In this document: in pieces, positions 25,634 to 35,036 of the stretch
Layout: the number at the start of each line of letters is the position of its first letter
Position numbering within the stretch: the first letter of the stretch is position 1
Virus record (IMG/VR): IMGVR_UViG_3300044825_002433
Span: 1-59,195 of that record
Length of the DNA: 59,195 bases
Strand: one strand, 5' to 3'
From: a virus
Lineage: Duplodnaviria > Caudoviricetes
Translations under genes and position numbers: made by a program
Notes under the pieces: model-generated
Told to the model about the DNA's origin: nothing
Databases searched by the model: none
What the model saw: the letters and a program-made list of their open reading frames with translations, nothing else

Positions 25634-27166
25634 GTGGCCCGCAGAAAAGGCTCTGATAACTTCGGGTTCAGGTCTTTAAAAGGTGCTAAAGGCGTTGAAC
25701 TTCCGAAAACAATTAAGGGTGCGGATAACACAAACGAGTTGTCCTCACCTTTATCTTTCGATCGCCGTTTTAGACCGGCGCTAAACACAAAAGATTTTAG
25801 TTTAGTTAGCGATTACGACTACGCTTCTCTCTGGGCTCGTTGGCGCCGCGGCTACGAACTCAGTATGTATTCGCAAGAAGCATACGGCGGCCTAACGTAT
25901 TCTTTTAAATATTATGTTTCCGGCACTCCTGGATTTGGAGTTTTTCTGCCGGGAATGTGCTTCATGTATCCGACTACGCGTACGGATATGCGGATGCACA
26001 TGGTGGGCATTAGACCTAGGGATTCTTTTAATTTTTTGAATTTTGGATACTCCATCACGTCTGTAACTGATTACGACGCAAATACTTATGCTGTTCGATT
26101 GAACTCCAACTTCGGAGCTCCTATTTCTTTTTTCGCCGGTGAGGTTTTATCTAACCGATTTAATGCAGACGGAACAGCAAAGACTTACGGATTTAACAAC
26201 TACACAGTTACCGCTGTGGGGATAAACGGAGTTCCAGCAAATCCGTCATATCTTCCGATTTTTAATACGTTATTTTTATCTCATAGTGCTCAAACGAGCT
26301 GGTCTGTCGTAGACGCTAATACATTAGCTGTGCCTGCCACGGGGCCTCCGGCTGTTGGAGAATATCTAACAACCGAAATGCGATCTCAGTGCACGTGTCC
26401 TGACTTTTTGGCACGTGAGAATTTTAATCTTTACGACGTTTCTCTTCGGCGTAGATATCCATACACGAAGACTCAAAATATAGATCCTGGTTTTTATGAC
26501 GCGGGTCCTGATGGAAGCACTCGACGCGTTCCCGCCATGGACAATCCAGGCTTTGCTAGGACCTTCGGTTTTATATATTTAAATGAGATTTATAACATTC
26601 CTAGAATTACGGAGAGCGTTTATTCTGATCCAAACCTTTATTACTACCAACCACGCTGGTGTAAGCACATTTACGCAGCTATGTGGGATTTACAGCGTAA
26701 ATACAATCAAGAATCAGTAACTAGCTCGTGGCTTCCGCAACCTAACGACGAACCGCTAAATGAATACTACCGAGAATATTTTGATAAAAATTTAGCTAAG
26801 CAAACTGACTTCTTGAAACGGGAGAAAGATCTTGTGTGGTGGGAGCGTTACAGCCCGAAGAAAGACGACATGCCGACACACATGATGTATCCGGATATGT
26901 ACAACATGATGACAAAAACATTAAACGCAGGTGGATTGTCTAGTTTCGCAACGTTACAAGCTCCAAGCTTCGAGATGTTCACTACGGCGGAGTTTGATCC
27001 GTTCGACCCCGCTTCCTTTGTAGTAAATACCTATGACGGCGGTACGTACCAGAATGGTATCTTAGTAACACAACCGACTAACATACTCGATGGAGGTTCC
27101 TACCTAAATGGTGCGCTGATACCTCCAACTGGTTTCCCTTCCTTGATAAACGGCGGTGTGTACTAA
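25634..27166 (+). CDS. Hypothetical protein with SWIM-like zinc finger
   Basis: CTCPDF ... WCKHIYAA. Confidence 0.55.
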   Translation: MARRKGSDNFGFRSLKGAKGVELPKTIKGADNTNELSSPLSFDRRFRPALNTKDFSLVSDYDYASLWARWRRGYELSMYSQEAYGGLTYSFKYYVSGTPGFGVFLPGMCFMYPTTRTDMRMHMVGIRPRDSFNFLNFGYSITSVTDYDANTYAVRLNSNFGAPISFFAGEVLSNRFNADGTAKTYGFNNYTVTAVGINGVPANPSYLPIFNTLFLSHSAQTSWSVVDANTLAVPATGPPAVGEYLTTEMRSQCTCPDFLARENFNLYDVSLRRRYPYTKTQNIDPGFYDAGPDGSTRRVPAMDNPGFARTFGFIYLNEIYNIPRITESVYSDPNLYYYQPRWCKHIYAAMWDLQRKYNQESVTSSWLPQPNDEPLNEYYREYFDKNLAKQTDFLKREKDLVWWERYSPKKDDMPTHMMYPDMYNMMTKTLNAGGLSSFATLQAPSFEMFTTAEFDPFDPASFVVNTYDGGTYQNGILVTQPTNILDGGSYLNGALIPPTGFPSLINGGVY

Positions 27167-27777
27167 TGACATCTACTCCTAGTATTCTCCTTTTAAAACG
27201 GAGTGGTCAAGCCTCTGATCGTCCGAATACATCCGTCGTACAGAACGGTGAGTTGGCTTTGGCCGTGGGCGCAGCGGATCCGGGGCTATATTTTGAAGAT
27301 TCGGCTGGCGCTGTTCGGAAGATCGGGCCTTCCGCATACGGAACCACGGCTCCTAACGCAACGCCTGTAGGTCTTGCTGGAAATTCTGTTGGGGAAACCT
27401 GGACTGACAGCTCGACCGGGAATTACTTCTTTAAAGTTTGGACTGGGGCATCTTGGCAGACGATTGGATCTGCTTACGCTACAGTTGCGGGTACTGCCAC
27501 AACGGCGACTACAGCAACCACTGCGCTTAGTGCGTCAACAGCAGTTTTAGCCTCTGGAGCTGTTTTAGCTTCGGGAGCTGTTCAAGCACAAACAGCAGTT
27601 TTAGCTTCTGGAGCTGTTTTAGCTTCGGGAGCTGTTCAATCCGCCACCGTGGTTCTTAGTGGCCTGCCTGCCGCTTCTACCAGTTTGTCAGGAACCCTAG
27701 TTTATCAAGTGCAGACGTCGGGTTCCTTTAGTGCTGGATTGTATGTTCGAGCGACTAATACTTGGTTGCTTGTTTAA
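27166..27777 (+). CDS. Tail fibre-like protein
   Basis: ILLKRS...GELA N-terminus, GETWTDS...KVWTGASW, Ala/Thr repeats. Confidence 0.6.
   Translation: MTSTPSILLLKRSGQASDRPNTSVVQNGELALAVGAADPGLYFEDSAGAVRKIGPSAYGTTAPNATPVGLAGNSVGETWTDSSTGNYFFKVWTGASWQTIGSAYATVAGTATTATTATTALSASTAVLASGAVLASGAVQAQTAVLASGAVLASGAVQSATVVLSGLPAASTSLSGTLVYQVQTSGSFSAGLYVRATNTWLLV
27538..27639 (+). repeat. 54-nt in-frame tandem duplication (TAVLASGAVLASGAVQ x2)
   Basis: Near-identical copies at 27538 and 27592, each with an internal 18-nt repeat. Confidence 0.9.
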
Positions 27778-28307
27778 GGGCGAAGCGTGCTCTTCAAGAA
27801 CCAAGAAGCTTTAAACATCGCTTTCACCAGATCGGCTGCATAGTTCTCCACATCCGGAGCCCCAACTTCGTCGGCAAGTTTTCCTAAATCCTTAGCCATA
27901 AAGCCGCAGGTTTCTAAGTTTTTTAAATATACAGTCAGCGATTCCCGAGTTTCGTAAGATTTAGTGTGTTTGAAACCTTTGTATGCGTTTAAAAGACCTC
28001 GCTGACACATCGGCAGCAAGAAATCCATAGTCCGAACAAACTCAGCCAGCGTGTCGAACTGATCGATGTGGGACTCGTACTGCTCTTTGAGGAACTCGTG
28101 GATGGGCAAAAACAAAGGCCCTTCGATATTTAGATGAATTAAGTGACTCTGAACGTACAGCTGATGTACATACGAAGACAGGGACACCAGTCCAGAAATT
28201 AAATCCTGGATTGACGCCCCCGTAGCTTCCTGTTCCAACTCTTCTAACGGATTCTCGGACTCCTCGGAGGGAATCGACGCAGTGTTAAAAGAGCCGGAGA
28301 AAGTCAC
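27774..28307 (-). CDS. dps: Dps/ferritin-like protein
   Basis: HLNIEGPLFLPIHEFL...DTLAE ferroxidase pattern. Confidence 0.8.
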   Translation of the reverse strand: MTFSGSFNTASIPSEESENPLEELEQEATGASIQDLISGLVSLSSYVHQLYVQSHLIHLNIEGPLFLPIHEFLKEQYESHIDQFDTLAEFVRTMDFLLPMCQRGLLNAYKGFKHTKSYETRESLTVYLKNLETCGFMAKDLGKLADEVGAPDVENYAADLVKAMFKASWFLKSTLRP

Positions 28308-28325
28308 TTTCTTAGTTTCGATAGA

Positions 28326-28577
28326 TCACACCGCACAAGCGGCTTCACTTTCCACTTTAGCGTTAGAGGAGGTTTTCAGATATTCCTGCAGCGCGGCTTT
28401 ATCCACGCGATACAGAGATTTAGCGCCATTCGGCTGAAGATTCAGGTACACAGTCTTAGGCCAACCGCCGGGTTGGTTGGATTCAGAGAGCGCGATACGC
28501 TTGCGGACAAAACCAGAGCTGCAGTTGAGCAGTTCTGCGGTTTCAGCAATCGTGAGCAGGGTTTTACCGTCCGACAT
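28326..28577 (-). CDS. Excisionase-like HTH DNA-binding protein
   Basis: LLTIAETAELLNCSSGFVRKRI...YRVDK. Confidence 0.7.
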   Translation of the reverse strand: MSDGKTLLTIAETAELLNCSSGFVRKRIALSESNQPGGWPKTVYLNLQPNGAKSLYRVDKAALQEYLKTSSNAKVESEAACAV

Positions 28578-28705
28578 CAGGTATGCGAGGAGAGGGTGGC
28601 GGCTACATATTACCTTTATTTCTTCTGTGAGCGTGACCTACTTGTGTTCCCTAATGTGTTTTTAAGATTTTGCTTGGTAACATTAAGGGGTGCTGTAGGA
28701 CTCAA

Positions 28706-28951
28706 ATGATCCGGATTGCAGGAGAGATTTTTAAAAACTATAACTCTCCGAAACGGGACGTTCAGGGAGGCAAGGAATTTTCCGTGGCGGCTAAGGAAAA
28801 CGGGAGAGTCCGCCTAGTGCGTTTTGGAGATCCCAATATGGAAAACCGTAGCGACGATCCCAAACGTCGTGCCGCATTTAGATCCAGACATAGCTGTGAC
28901 GAGAAGAAAAGTAAGTTAACTCCAGGGTATTGGAGCTGCCGAGCTTGGTGA
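28706..28951 (+). CDS. Small basic phage protein
   Basis: VRFGDPNM...RRAAFRSRHSC...GYWSCRAW; AGGA RBS before ATG 28706. Confidence 0.7.
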   Translation: MIRIAGEIFKNYNSPKRDVQGGKEFSVAAKENGRVRLVRFGDPNMENRSDDPKRRAAFRSRHSCDEKKSKLTPGYWSCRAW

Positions 28952-29058
28952 TTCTATGCTCTCTGTGCGTTCCTAGCTAATTATTAAAACTATCTCGGAA
29001 CGTTGCTCGTTACGGTTAGGTGTAGTAAAGCTAGACTTTAGTTAGTCGACTCACTGAC

Positions 29059-29316
29059 ATGGGATCTCGCAAATCACGGGGTGATTACAGTAACATTCAG
29101 TGCGGCTTAACGCTAGAGGATGAGTTTGTTCTGACTAGGATCCGAGCCAAAGCTCATTCTCTCCACAACAAGGAACGGGACGCCTACTTGTGGCAAACAG
29201 TGTTAAAACTCGTATGCCGCGAGCGTGCGTATAAAACAGTGATGAGTGAAATCGGGGTTGTTGTAGATACAAATCTGAGTTTATTTGATGAAGAGGAGCC
29301 GAAAACTGACGATTGA
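29059..29316 (+). CDS. Hypothetical protein
   Basis: 85 aa, TAGACT 21 nt upstream. Confidence 0.55.
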   Translation: MGSRKSRGDYSNIQCGLTLEDEFVLTRIRAKAHSLHNKERDAYLWQTVLKLVCRERAYKTVMSEIGVVVDTNLSLFDEEEPKTDD

Positions 29317-29342
29317 TTGTTTACAATTGAGAAAAAGACACC

Positions 29343-30710
29343 GTGGCTCCTCTAACTCCGCAAGAAAAACAATGGTTATCGGCCATTAGTTTTGCGGAAG
29401 GAACTTACCGTAAAGGTTTAGGGCCGCAGTACAACATTATGTTTGGAGGCGGCACTTTTTCGGATCTGTCGCGCCATCCAGACACCGTAGTTAAAAAACC
29501 AGGTATAGCCAGTGCAGCAGCGGGCGCGTATCAGTTTATGCCCGGAACTTGGTCTGCTGTTTCCAAGAAGCTTGGCTTAAAGGGATTTGGTCCGGCTGAG
29601 CAAAACCAGGCTGCTCTCGAACTAATCCGTCAGCGTGGAGTAGATCCTCGTAAAGATCCCATAACTCCAGAGACGATTTCAAAACTTGCTCCTGAGTGGG
29701 CTGGGTTGCCCACGTTGCAAGGTAAAAGCTACTACGCGAACCAGTCTGTTAAGAGATTCGCGGATATTCAAAACTTTTTAAAAACTACAGGCGGCGCCAT
29801 CCCTTCGGGATCTTCTGTTCAAAATCCCGCGAGTCCAGCGGCCGCTCGGGTATCCCTTCCTCGATTCGATTTCAAAGATGCGGTCAAGAAATTATTGCTT
29901 AGATCATCCTTAGAAAATGTTGGAGCACCTGTTGCTGTAGGCGGTCAAGCCTTAGCTATCCAACAGCAAGCCAACGCTTTACGAGAGGAAGGGAAAGACG
30001 ACGAGGCTGAGATTCTTGAATCTCAAATGACTGCCAGTCTGGCTGCAGACGCCCAAACACCAGCCGCAGATCCAACTAGTCTGGTTCGAAACATCTTGGA
30101 AATTCGAAAGCAGGCTGCTGATTACGACGCTCAAGTATCTCAAATTGAGAAATCTGTAAATGACGTTGCAATAAATCAAACCGCACAAGAGGTTGGAACT
30201 AATCTGCGTACCGCGGCTCGTCCTGCTCAGGGGTTTGCGCGGACGGCTAGCGGGGGGATCGCTTATCCCAATGCCGTAGTTACGTCAGCGGTAGACGCCT
30301 CGGGTGAACCCGGTCTCGATTTTGCTTTGGCTGGCGGACGCGGTGCGGCTTTTGCTCTCCCTTTTAAAGCTCAGGTTTTAAAAGTCGTTAAAGAACCGAA
30401 TGCTGGTAATCGCGGCCCTGGCGGCCGTGGTTATGGTAATTATGTTGAGCTTCGCGGTGTTTCTCCCGAAGGTAAGCAATTTGATGCTCTAGTCGCTCAC
30501 TTCGATGCGGTTAATCCGAATTTGAAGCCAGGGATGGTATTGAATCCTGGAGCAATTATCGGTAAACAAGGTGAAACCGGCCGAGCTACGGGTCCTCATA
30601 TTTCGTTAGACTTTTTCGATCCAGGTAAAACGACAGCCAGTCGGGATATATTACGTATAAGGGACATAGTTGCTAGTAGAATAGCCAAAGGACTGCCTCC
30701 GTTTGGATAG
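29343..30710 (+). CDS. Lambda-type (GH104-like) lysozyme fused to an M23-like domain, probably virion-associated
   Basis: ISFAEGT, AAGAYQF; C-terminal GYGNYV, AHFD, GETGRATGPH. Confidence 0.8.
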   Translation: MAPLTPQEKQWLSAISFAEGTYRKGLGPQYNIMFGGGTFSDLSRHPDTVVKKPGIASAAAGAYQFMPGTWSAVSKKLGLKGFGPAEQNQAALELIRQRGVDPRKDPITPETISKLAPEWAGLPTLQGKSYYANQSVKRFADIQNFLKTTGGAIPSGSSVQNPASPAAARVSLPRFDFKDAVKKLLLRSSLENVGAPVAVGGQALAIQQQANALREEGKDDEAEILESQMTASLAADAQTPAADPTSLVRNILEIRKQAADYDAQVSQIEKSVNDVAINQTAQEVGTNLRTAARPAQGFARTASGGIAYPNAVVTSAVDASGEPGLDFALAGGRGAAFALPFKAQVLKVVKEPNAGNRGPGGRGYGNYVELRGVSPEGKQFDALVAHFDAVNPNLKPGMVLNPGAIIGKQGETGRATGPHISLDFFDPGKTTASRDILRIRDIVASRIAKGLPPFG

Positions 30711-30715
30711 AAAAA

Positions 30716-31243
30716 ATGTTCGGACCGTCTCCTCAACAGGTTGCTAACCGAGCTGTATCTTCTGCTAAGAAATCTCAACAGCAGACTATCCGAGCTCTGC
30801 GTCGGCAGGTTCAGAATCAGCGTCAGAAGTTAGGTCGTGTACAAGATAAGTTGTCCACGCTGACTGGTTCCACCCCTCAGCAAGCGACTCAAAGCTATTC
30901 TCAGGACTTTTACGGCACCGTAGGTAACATCGGACAACAATATGCCAAACAACTAGCTTCTTTTGATCCGAACATTATTGCTTCGCAGTCTGCCAAAAGG
31001 TTTGCTGGTGTTCTGTCGGCAAGCATGAAAGACTACACGAATCGTTTAAATGCTTTGAGTCAGCAAGGCAGCGCTCGTATGTATCAAGCTTTGGCTGCTC
31101 CAATCACACAGTTCCGTCAGATCTCGGAAGATCCCGCTTTCAACAACTTAGTGAACTCCACCTTTATGGAGTACGCTACCAATCCTCCCACGGTTCGTAG
31201 CGACGTTGAATCGATGAAGCAGTTGTATACGTACAATGTCTGA
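30716..31243 (+). CDS. Hypothetical Gln-rich helical protein
   Basis: 175 aa. Confidence 0.55.
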   Translation: MFGPSPQQVANRAVSSAKKSQQQTIRALRRQVQNQRQKLGRVQDKLSTLTGSTPQQATQSYSQDFYGTVGNIGQQYAKQLASFDPNIIASQSAKRFAGVLSASMKDYTNRLNALSQQGSARMYQALAAPITQFRQISEDPAFNNLVNSTFMEYATNPPTVRSDVESMKQLYTYNV

Positions 31244-31529
31244 GGAAATAAAAGAATCTAAACACGAACGAAAAGTACGGTTTCACACCGACGCTCCGGC
31301 CGCTAAACACGACTATCGCTATCGAACTAGGCCGAACATACGTATGGCCGGTAAAGTTTGGAGCGAGAGTCCTCGGGAGCGTCAGCAACGACTAGCTCGT
31401 GAGCGCTTGTCTGGCAAATCGAAGTCAATTCCCGTCGGCGTGGGCTTCGGCGAAAGAGACTCCTTTGGCCCAGATAACGATTATTACACCGTAGAATCAC
31501 TCAATAATATACGCGGCCCAATTCGCTAA
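31236..31529 (+). CDS. Hypothetical basic protein
   Basis: 97 aa, overlaps upstream stop. Confidence 0.5.
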   Translation: MSEEIKESKHERKVRFHTDAPAAKHDYRYRTRPNIRMAGKVWSESPRERQQRLARERLSGKSKSIPVGVGFGERDSFGPDNDYYTVESLNNIRGPIR

Positions 31530-32079
31530 AACTTTCATTAAATTTATAAACTCTCTCATTCATGTTATTATAGTCTGGAAAGTAGTATATAAAACCATAA
31601 CATCTGGAGTTTTTTACTTTGTTTAAGTCGGGCTCGTCTATTAGGAGCGCGGGCCTAGTTTTAAGAATACACAAGGGAAAATCTATCTTAAGCGCCTGCG
31701 TGGTGAGCAAAGCAACTTCAGAAGAAGTCAAAAATACGATGGCTTCATTAAATTCTTTCCGTATGTACCGCCTATAGCATTCTTCTAGCCAAACTCGTTG
31801 TGCTGACTTCTGAAATCGTCTTTTTCGCCTAAATAATATCGGATCTTCCGGTTGTTCCCCGTGCGTTAAAAATTCTCTGGGAGGGTATAGATAAACGTTA
31901 TTAGCTTTCCACTTTTGTTTGAGTCCGTTTTCGGCTGGAGTGAAATACTTATAAGCGTTTACGAGAGTATTTGCAGCGTGGCTTGATGCGGGATCTAGTT
32001 CTATCTGTCCACCGAAAAATGAAGTTACCGTCCCTATAACTTCTGGAGGGGATACAAAGTCGAAATCAGCTTGCGGCAT
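31501..32079 (-). CDS. Phage DNA N6-adenine methyltransferase-like protein with atypical motif IV
   Basis: IELDPAS, NGLKQKW, VYLYPP. Confidence 0.65.
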   Translation of the reverse strand: MPQADFDFVSPPEVIGTVTSFFGGQIELDPASSHAANTLVNAYKYFTPAENGLKQKWKANNVYLYPPREFLTHGEQPEDPILFRRKRRFQKSAQRVWLEECYRRYIRKEFNEAIVFLTSSEVALLTTQALKIDFPLCILKTRPALLIDEPDLNKVKNSRCYGFIYYFPDYNNMNERVYKFNESFSELGRVYY

Positions 32080-32473
32080 CCGATATCTCGTTAATCCGAT
32101 CTTCGATCTGATTTAGATCTAAAACGTGCACGGACATTCCTTTGTCACTCAGCATCACCACGATCGGTTTATTATCCTCGCTGTTTTTACCGATAAGGTT
32201 TATTAGTTTATTTAGGAAATCTGCCGTAGGCTCGTCGCACATTTCTTCAGCTACAGCTTTATCGCTACTCAGGTCTTTTACAGTCATGTATGAGCTTTGA
32301 TCCGGCTTAACCGGATTGAAAAACAAAGCTCCGAGACCCTTATATTTATAAAATTCCTCATACAGAGTTACTACATCCCCCGCAATCATTTTGACTGTAT
32401 TTTTAGCCATTCGGCGCTGTGCTTCTGATTTGCCGAACAGAGTTGCACTCATTTTCTTTATTTTGTTGTTCAT
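32066..32473 (-). CDS. Hypothetical protein
   Basis: ATG 32473 directly after upstream stop; the longer track ORF overlaps the neighbour. Confidence 0.55.
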   Translation of the reverse strand: MNNKIKKMSATLFGKSEAQRRMAKNTVKMIAGDVVTLYEEFYKYKGLGALFFNPVKPDQSSYMTVKDLSSDKAVAEEMCDEPTADFLNKLINLIGKNSEDNKPIVVMLSDKGMSVHVLDLNQIEDRINEISDAAS

Positions 32474-32474
32474 A

Positions 32475-32807
32475 CTAGTCATTAGCGTAACCTGTGAAGT
32501 TTGACCAAGCTGCCTGAAGTACTTTAGTCGAGTCGAATAGAAATCGACTTGTGTTGGTTTCCGAAGGATCCAGCTTCGCGTAATGGATTCCCTCAACCAA
32601 ACCAGAAGTGCCACCAGATGCAACACCAGTATGAATGAGTTTATCGATGACCACAGGAGCCACGCCGAGGCGCGCCGCCATAGCTTTACGACTAATGAAG
32701 GCCGTGGCGACGTTGTGTGACTTCGCATTTGCAAGAATTTGTAAACTAGTGTCGATACGTTCTAAGACTTCTGTAAGTTTTCTCAAATCTCTGGTGTAAT
32801 CGATCAT
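32475..32807 (-). CDS. HTH DNA-binding protein (excisionase-like)
   Basis: ISRKAMAARLGVAPVVI...LVEGIHY. Confidence 0.55.
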   Translation of the reverse strand: MIDYTRDLRKLTEVLERIDTSLQILANAKSHNVATAFISRKAMAARLGVAPVVIDKLIHTGVASGGTSGLVEGIHYAKLDPSETNTSRFLFDSTKVLQAAWSNFTGYAND

Positions 32808-32951
32808 GTGTTTTGTTTTGAAGTGGGAGGCCGCCCCATCACCCGGATCCAGGCAATGGGGGTCGCTTGCGGCACCGAGGAAAAGGCTAAAACTCGGAGC
32901 ACCTCACCTTACTACGCGACGGCCTTTCTTACGTCGCCTAGCTCCTCGATT

Positions 32952-33377
32952 TTAGGTATATCTACACCATTGATCATCGGTCAATTCGTCTAAGTTTTTA
33001 AATTTCCTGTTGAATCCCGTCCGAACCCGTTTTGTTATCGCAGGTGTCTCAAAACGAGACACAAGATGATTCGGATTTACGCAGGCGGGGATTCCGCAAG
33101 TTCGTTTCAATCTGAAATTTCCGATATCAGCTTTGAAGAAGGCGTAATAAACGTTTTCTATTTTCAGACGTTTGCCGTAAATCGTGAGTGTGGTGTAAGA
33201 AGACTTCCAGCACTCACACAGATTCGTATTTTGAACCGTAAGCTGCGTCAGTAAAGGCCGCAGCTCTGGATCGATCTTATTTAAGTCTGGAAAAAGAACT
33301 TCGTCATCTATGTTTTTTAAACACTCCTCACATACAGTGTTAGTTTTTATGTGATTTTCGTTATGTATGCACTTCAC
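32952..33377 (-). CDS. Protein with His-Me endonuclease-type Zn loop
   Basis: CW...RTCGIPACVNPNHL. Confidence 0.6.
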   Translation of the reverse strand: MKCIHNENHIKTNTVCEECLKNIDDEVLFPDLNKIDPELRPLLTQLTVQNTNLCECWKSSYTTLTIYGKRLKIENVYYAFFKADIGNFRLKRTCGIPACVNPNHLVSRFETPAITKRVRTGFNRKFKNLDELTDDQWCRYT

Positions 33378-33793
33378 AGGAGTTTTTCTAAATCTGAAAC
33401 AAATGTATCTGGTTCTTCGATAAGGAGATTGATAACTTTGTTTAGTTTTTCGTTTAAGTTTGTCGGATTTTTTTCCCGAGTGTTGAAGATCAGCCAGTAC
33501 TTATAGGCATTGAGTAGATATAGGTGTGTTTGTTTTGCCCTAAGTGCCTGAACTTTCCATTTTTCGTACTCAAAGTTACTTGTGTGTCTAGAACTTCCTG
33601 TTTTTAACTCAAGTTCACGGATTTCGATCTGCATATCGATGTCACGCAGGGTGTATTCGATAGACGAAATCTTTGCTTCACATTCGGCTGTATCTTTCGG
33701 CTGCGGTGAATCTGTATAAATCCAGCTAGGCAGGTTTTCGATTACGTATTCGGCGTCCCAAAGGACAGGTTTCGAAATAGGAAGCGTGGTCAT
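33374..33793 (-). CDS. Hypothetical coiled-coil protein
   Basis: 139 aa, coupled to neighbours. Confidence 0.55.
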   Translation of the reverse strand: MTTLPISKPVLWDAEYVIENLPSWIYTDSPQPKDTAECEAKISSIEYTLRDIDMQIEIRELELKTGSSRHTSNFEYEKWKVQALRAKQTHLYLLNAYKYWLIFNTREKNPTNLNEKLNKVINLLIEEPDTFVSDLEKLL

Positions 33794-34203
33794 AAATCTA
33801 AAATCTCAAAAATTAGAGAATTGAATTCCCCGTTTATGCAGTACAGAACGTGATGCTCAAAAGAAACTCGCTTAACTAAGTTGTACCTCATTAAGCGTGT
33901 TAAATCTTTTAAGATTCTGGGCTTGGAGAATCCTAAAAGAGGAACCAGTTCTTGTGCAGAAATAGGTTGCTCAGATATTAGCAAATTCAAGATATCTGAA
34001 AAGTGTGCTACACAGGCACAGAGTTTTTTATGTTCGTAATCGTTCGTAGAGACAGTTTGCGGTTGTATTTGGTCTCCACTAGTTCTTGAATCCGACGGCG
34101 TGATACGTGTCTGGCTATCCAAGTTTTTACATCCTCCCGAATGGCTGGTGTGACTTTTGTAGCTGGGCTTGCGGCCAGCATCATGTGATGGGGGTTGACG
34201 CAC
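33790..34203 (-). CDS. Winged-HTH protein (true start probably near 34010)
   Basis: QPISAQELVPLLGFSKPRILKDLTRL...VKRV. Confidence 0.55.
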   Translation of the reverse strand: MRQPPSHDAGRKPSYKSHTSHSGGCKNLDSQTRITPSDSRTSGDQIQPQTVSTNDYEHKKLCACVAHFSDILNLLISEQPISAQELVPLLGFSKPRILKDLTRLMRYNLVKRVSFEHHVLYCINGEFNSLIFEILDL

Positions 34204-34709
34204 TCGGCGTCGCCACAGATTGTAAGGATTTTGTCCTTATCTGACAAAGTTAAATTGTTGAACTTGGCGAATACGAAGCGGCGTGGCCGCATCACAGTTT
34301 TTTCAGTGGCGTCAATAAGGCGGGCGAAAGAACAAGGAAGATAAATGTGCTGATCTGGGGTTAGGCATGGGCGGTTCTGTCGGAACCACACCGCGACTTT
34401 ATCCGATGGGCTGCGGGCTTGCTTGAGCTCCTCCAAGCAGAGGGGGCAGGCATACAGCCCTTGGACCCTGTGAGCTCGCTCCAGGTCCGCCACGGCGAGG
34501 TGGAAGGGCCGAGAGCGCCCGCACTTGCAGACCAGCGTGGCGACGTCTCCGCGTTCCTCGACAGAAAATGAGTCTAGTGAGTATCGGTTTGAGATTGGGC
34601 CATCTGGCTTGGTTATAGAGGTCTGGTTCAAGAGCCCAAAGACCGAAATCAGCGCAGGATCCATTGCGAAAGCTCCTCCAGTGTCATGGTGCTCACCTAA
34701 GGATAGCAC
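34008..34709 (-). CDS. Zn-ribbon + His-Me Zn loop + HTH protein, putative regulator
   Basis: CKC...CPLC; ICGDAECVNPHH; C-terminal SRRRIQE...SLRTITNI. Confidence 0.55.
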   Translation of the reverse strand: MLSLGEHHDTGGAFAMDPALISVFGLLNQTSITKPDGPISNRYSLDSFSVEERGDVATLVCKCGRSRPFHLAVADLERAHRVQGLYACPLCLEELKQARSPSDKVAVWFRQNRPCLTPDQHIYLPCSFARLIDATEKTVMRPRRFVFAKFNNLTLSDKDKILTICGDAECVNPHHMMLAASPATKVTPAIREDVKTWIARHVSRRRIQELVETKYNRKLSLRTITNIKNSVPV

Positions 34710-35036
34710 GGTAAACCCTGTCTATTGAAACAACTTTTTCTCTTAAGAGGTTTACTTAACGTAATTTTCCCTACTCATTTGAGTCTCAGGGTGAGACTGG
34801 CCCTTGGCGGCGTCCCTATTCGCAGCGCAATTCGCGACAAGGTCCAGTTTATTATAATTTAATTTTAAATTAGTTATCTAGCACGATTTAATAGGCAAAT
34901 CACGTTAAGTACAGGCCCGGAGAAAACTTTTTTCTCGAAATTTCGTGCGAGAGTGCAGGCGTGGGTTCTCCGGGACAACCACATAATTTAAGAATCCGTG
35001 TTACCTTTGGGTTATTAGATATTTTCCTGAAGTCAA

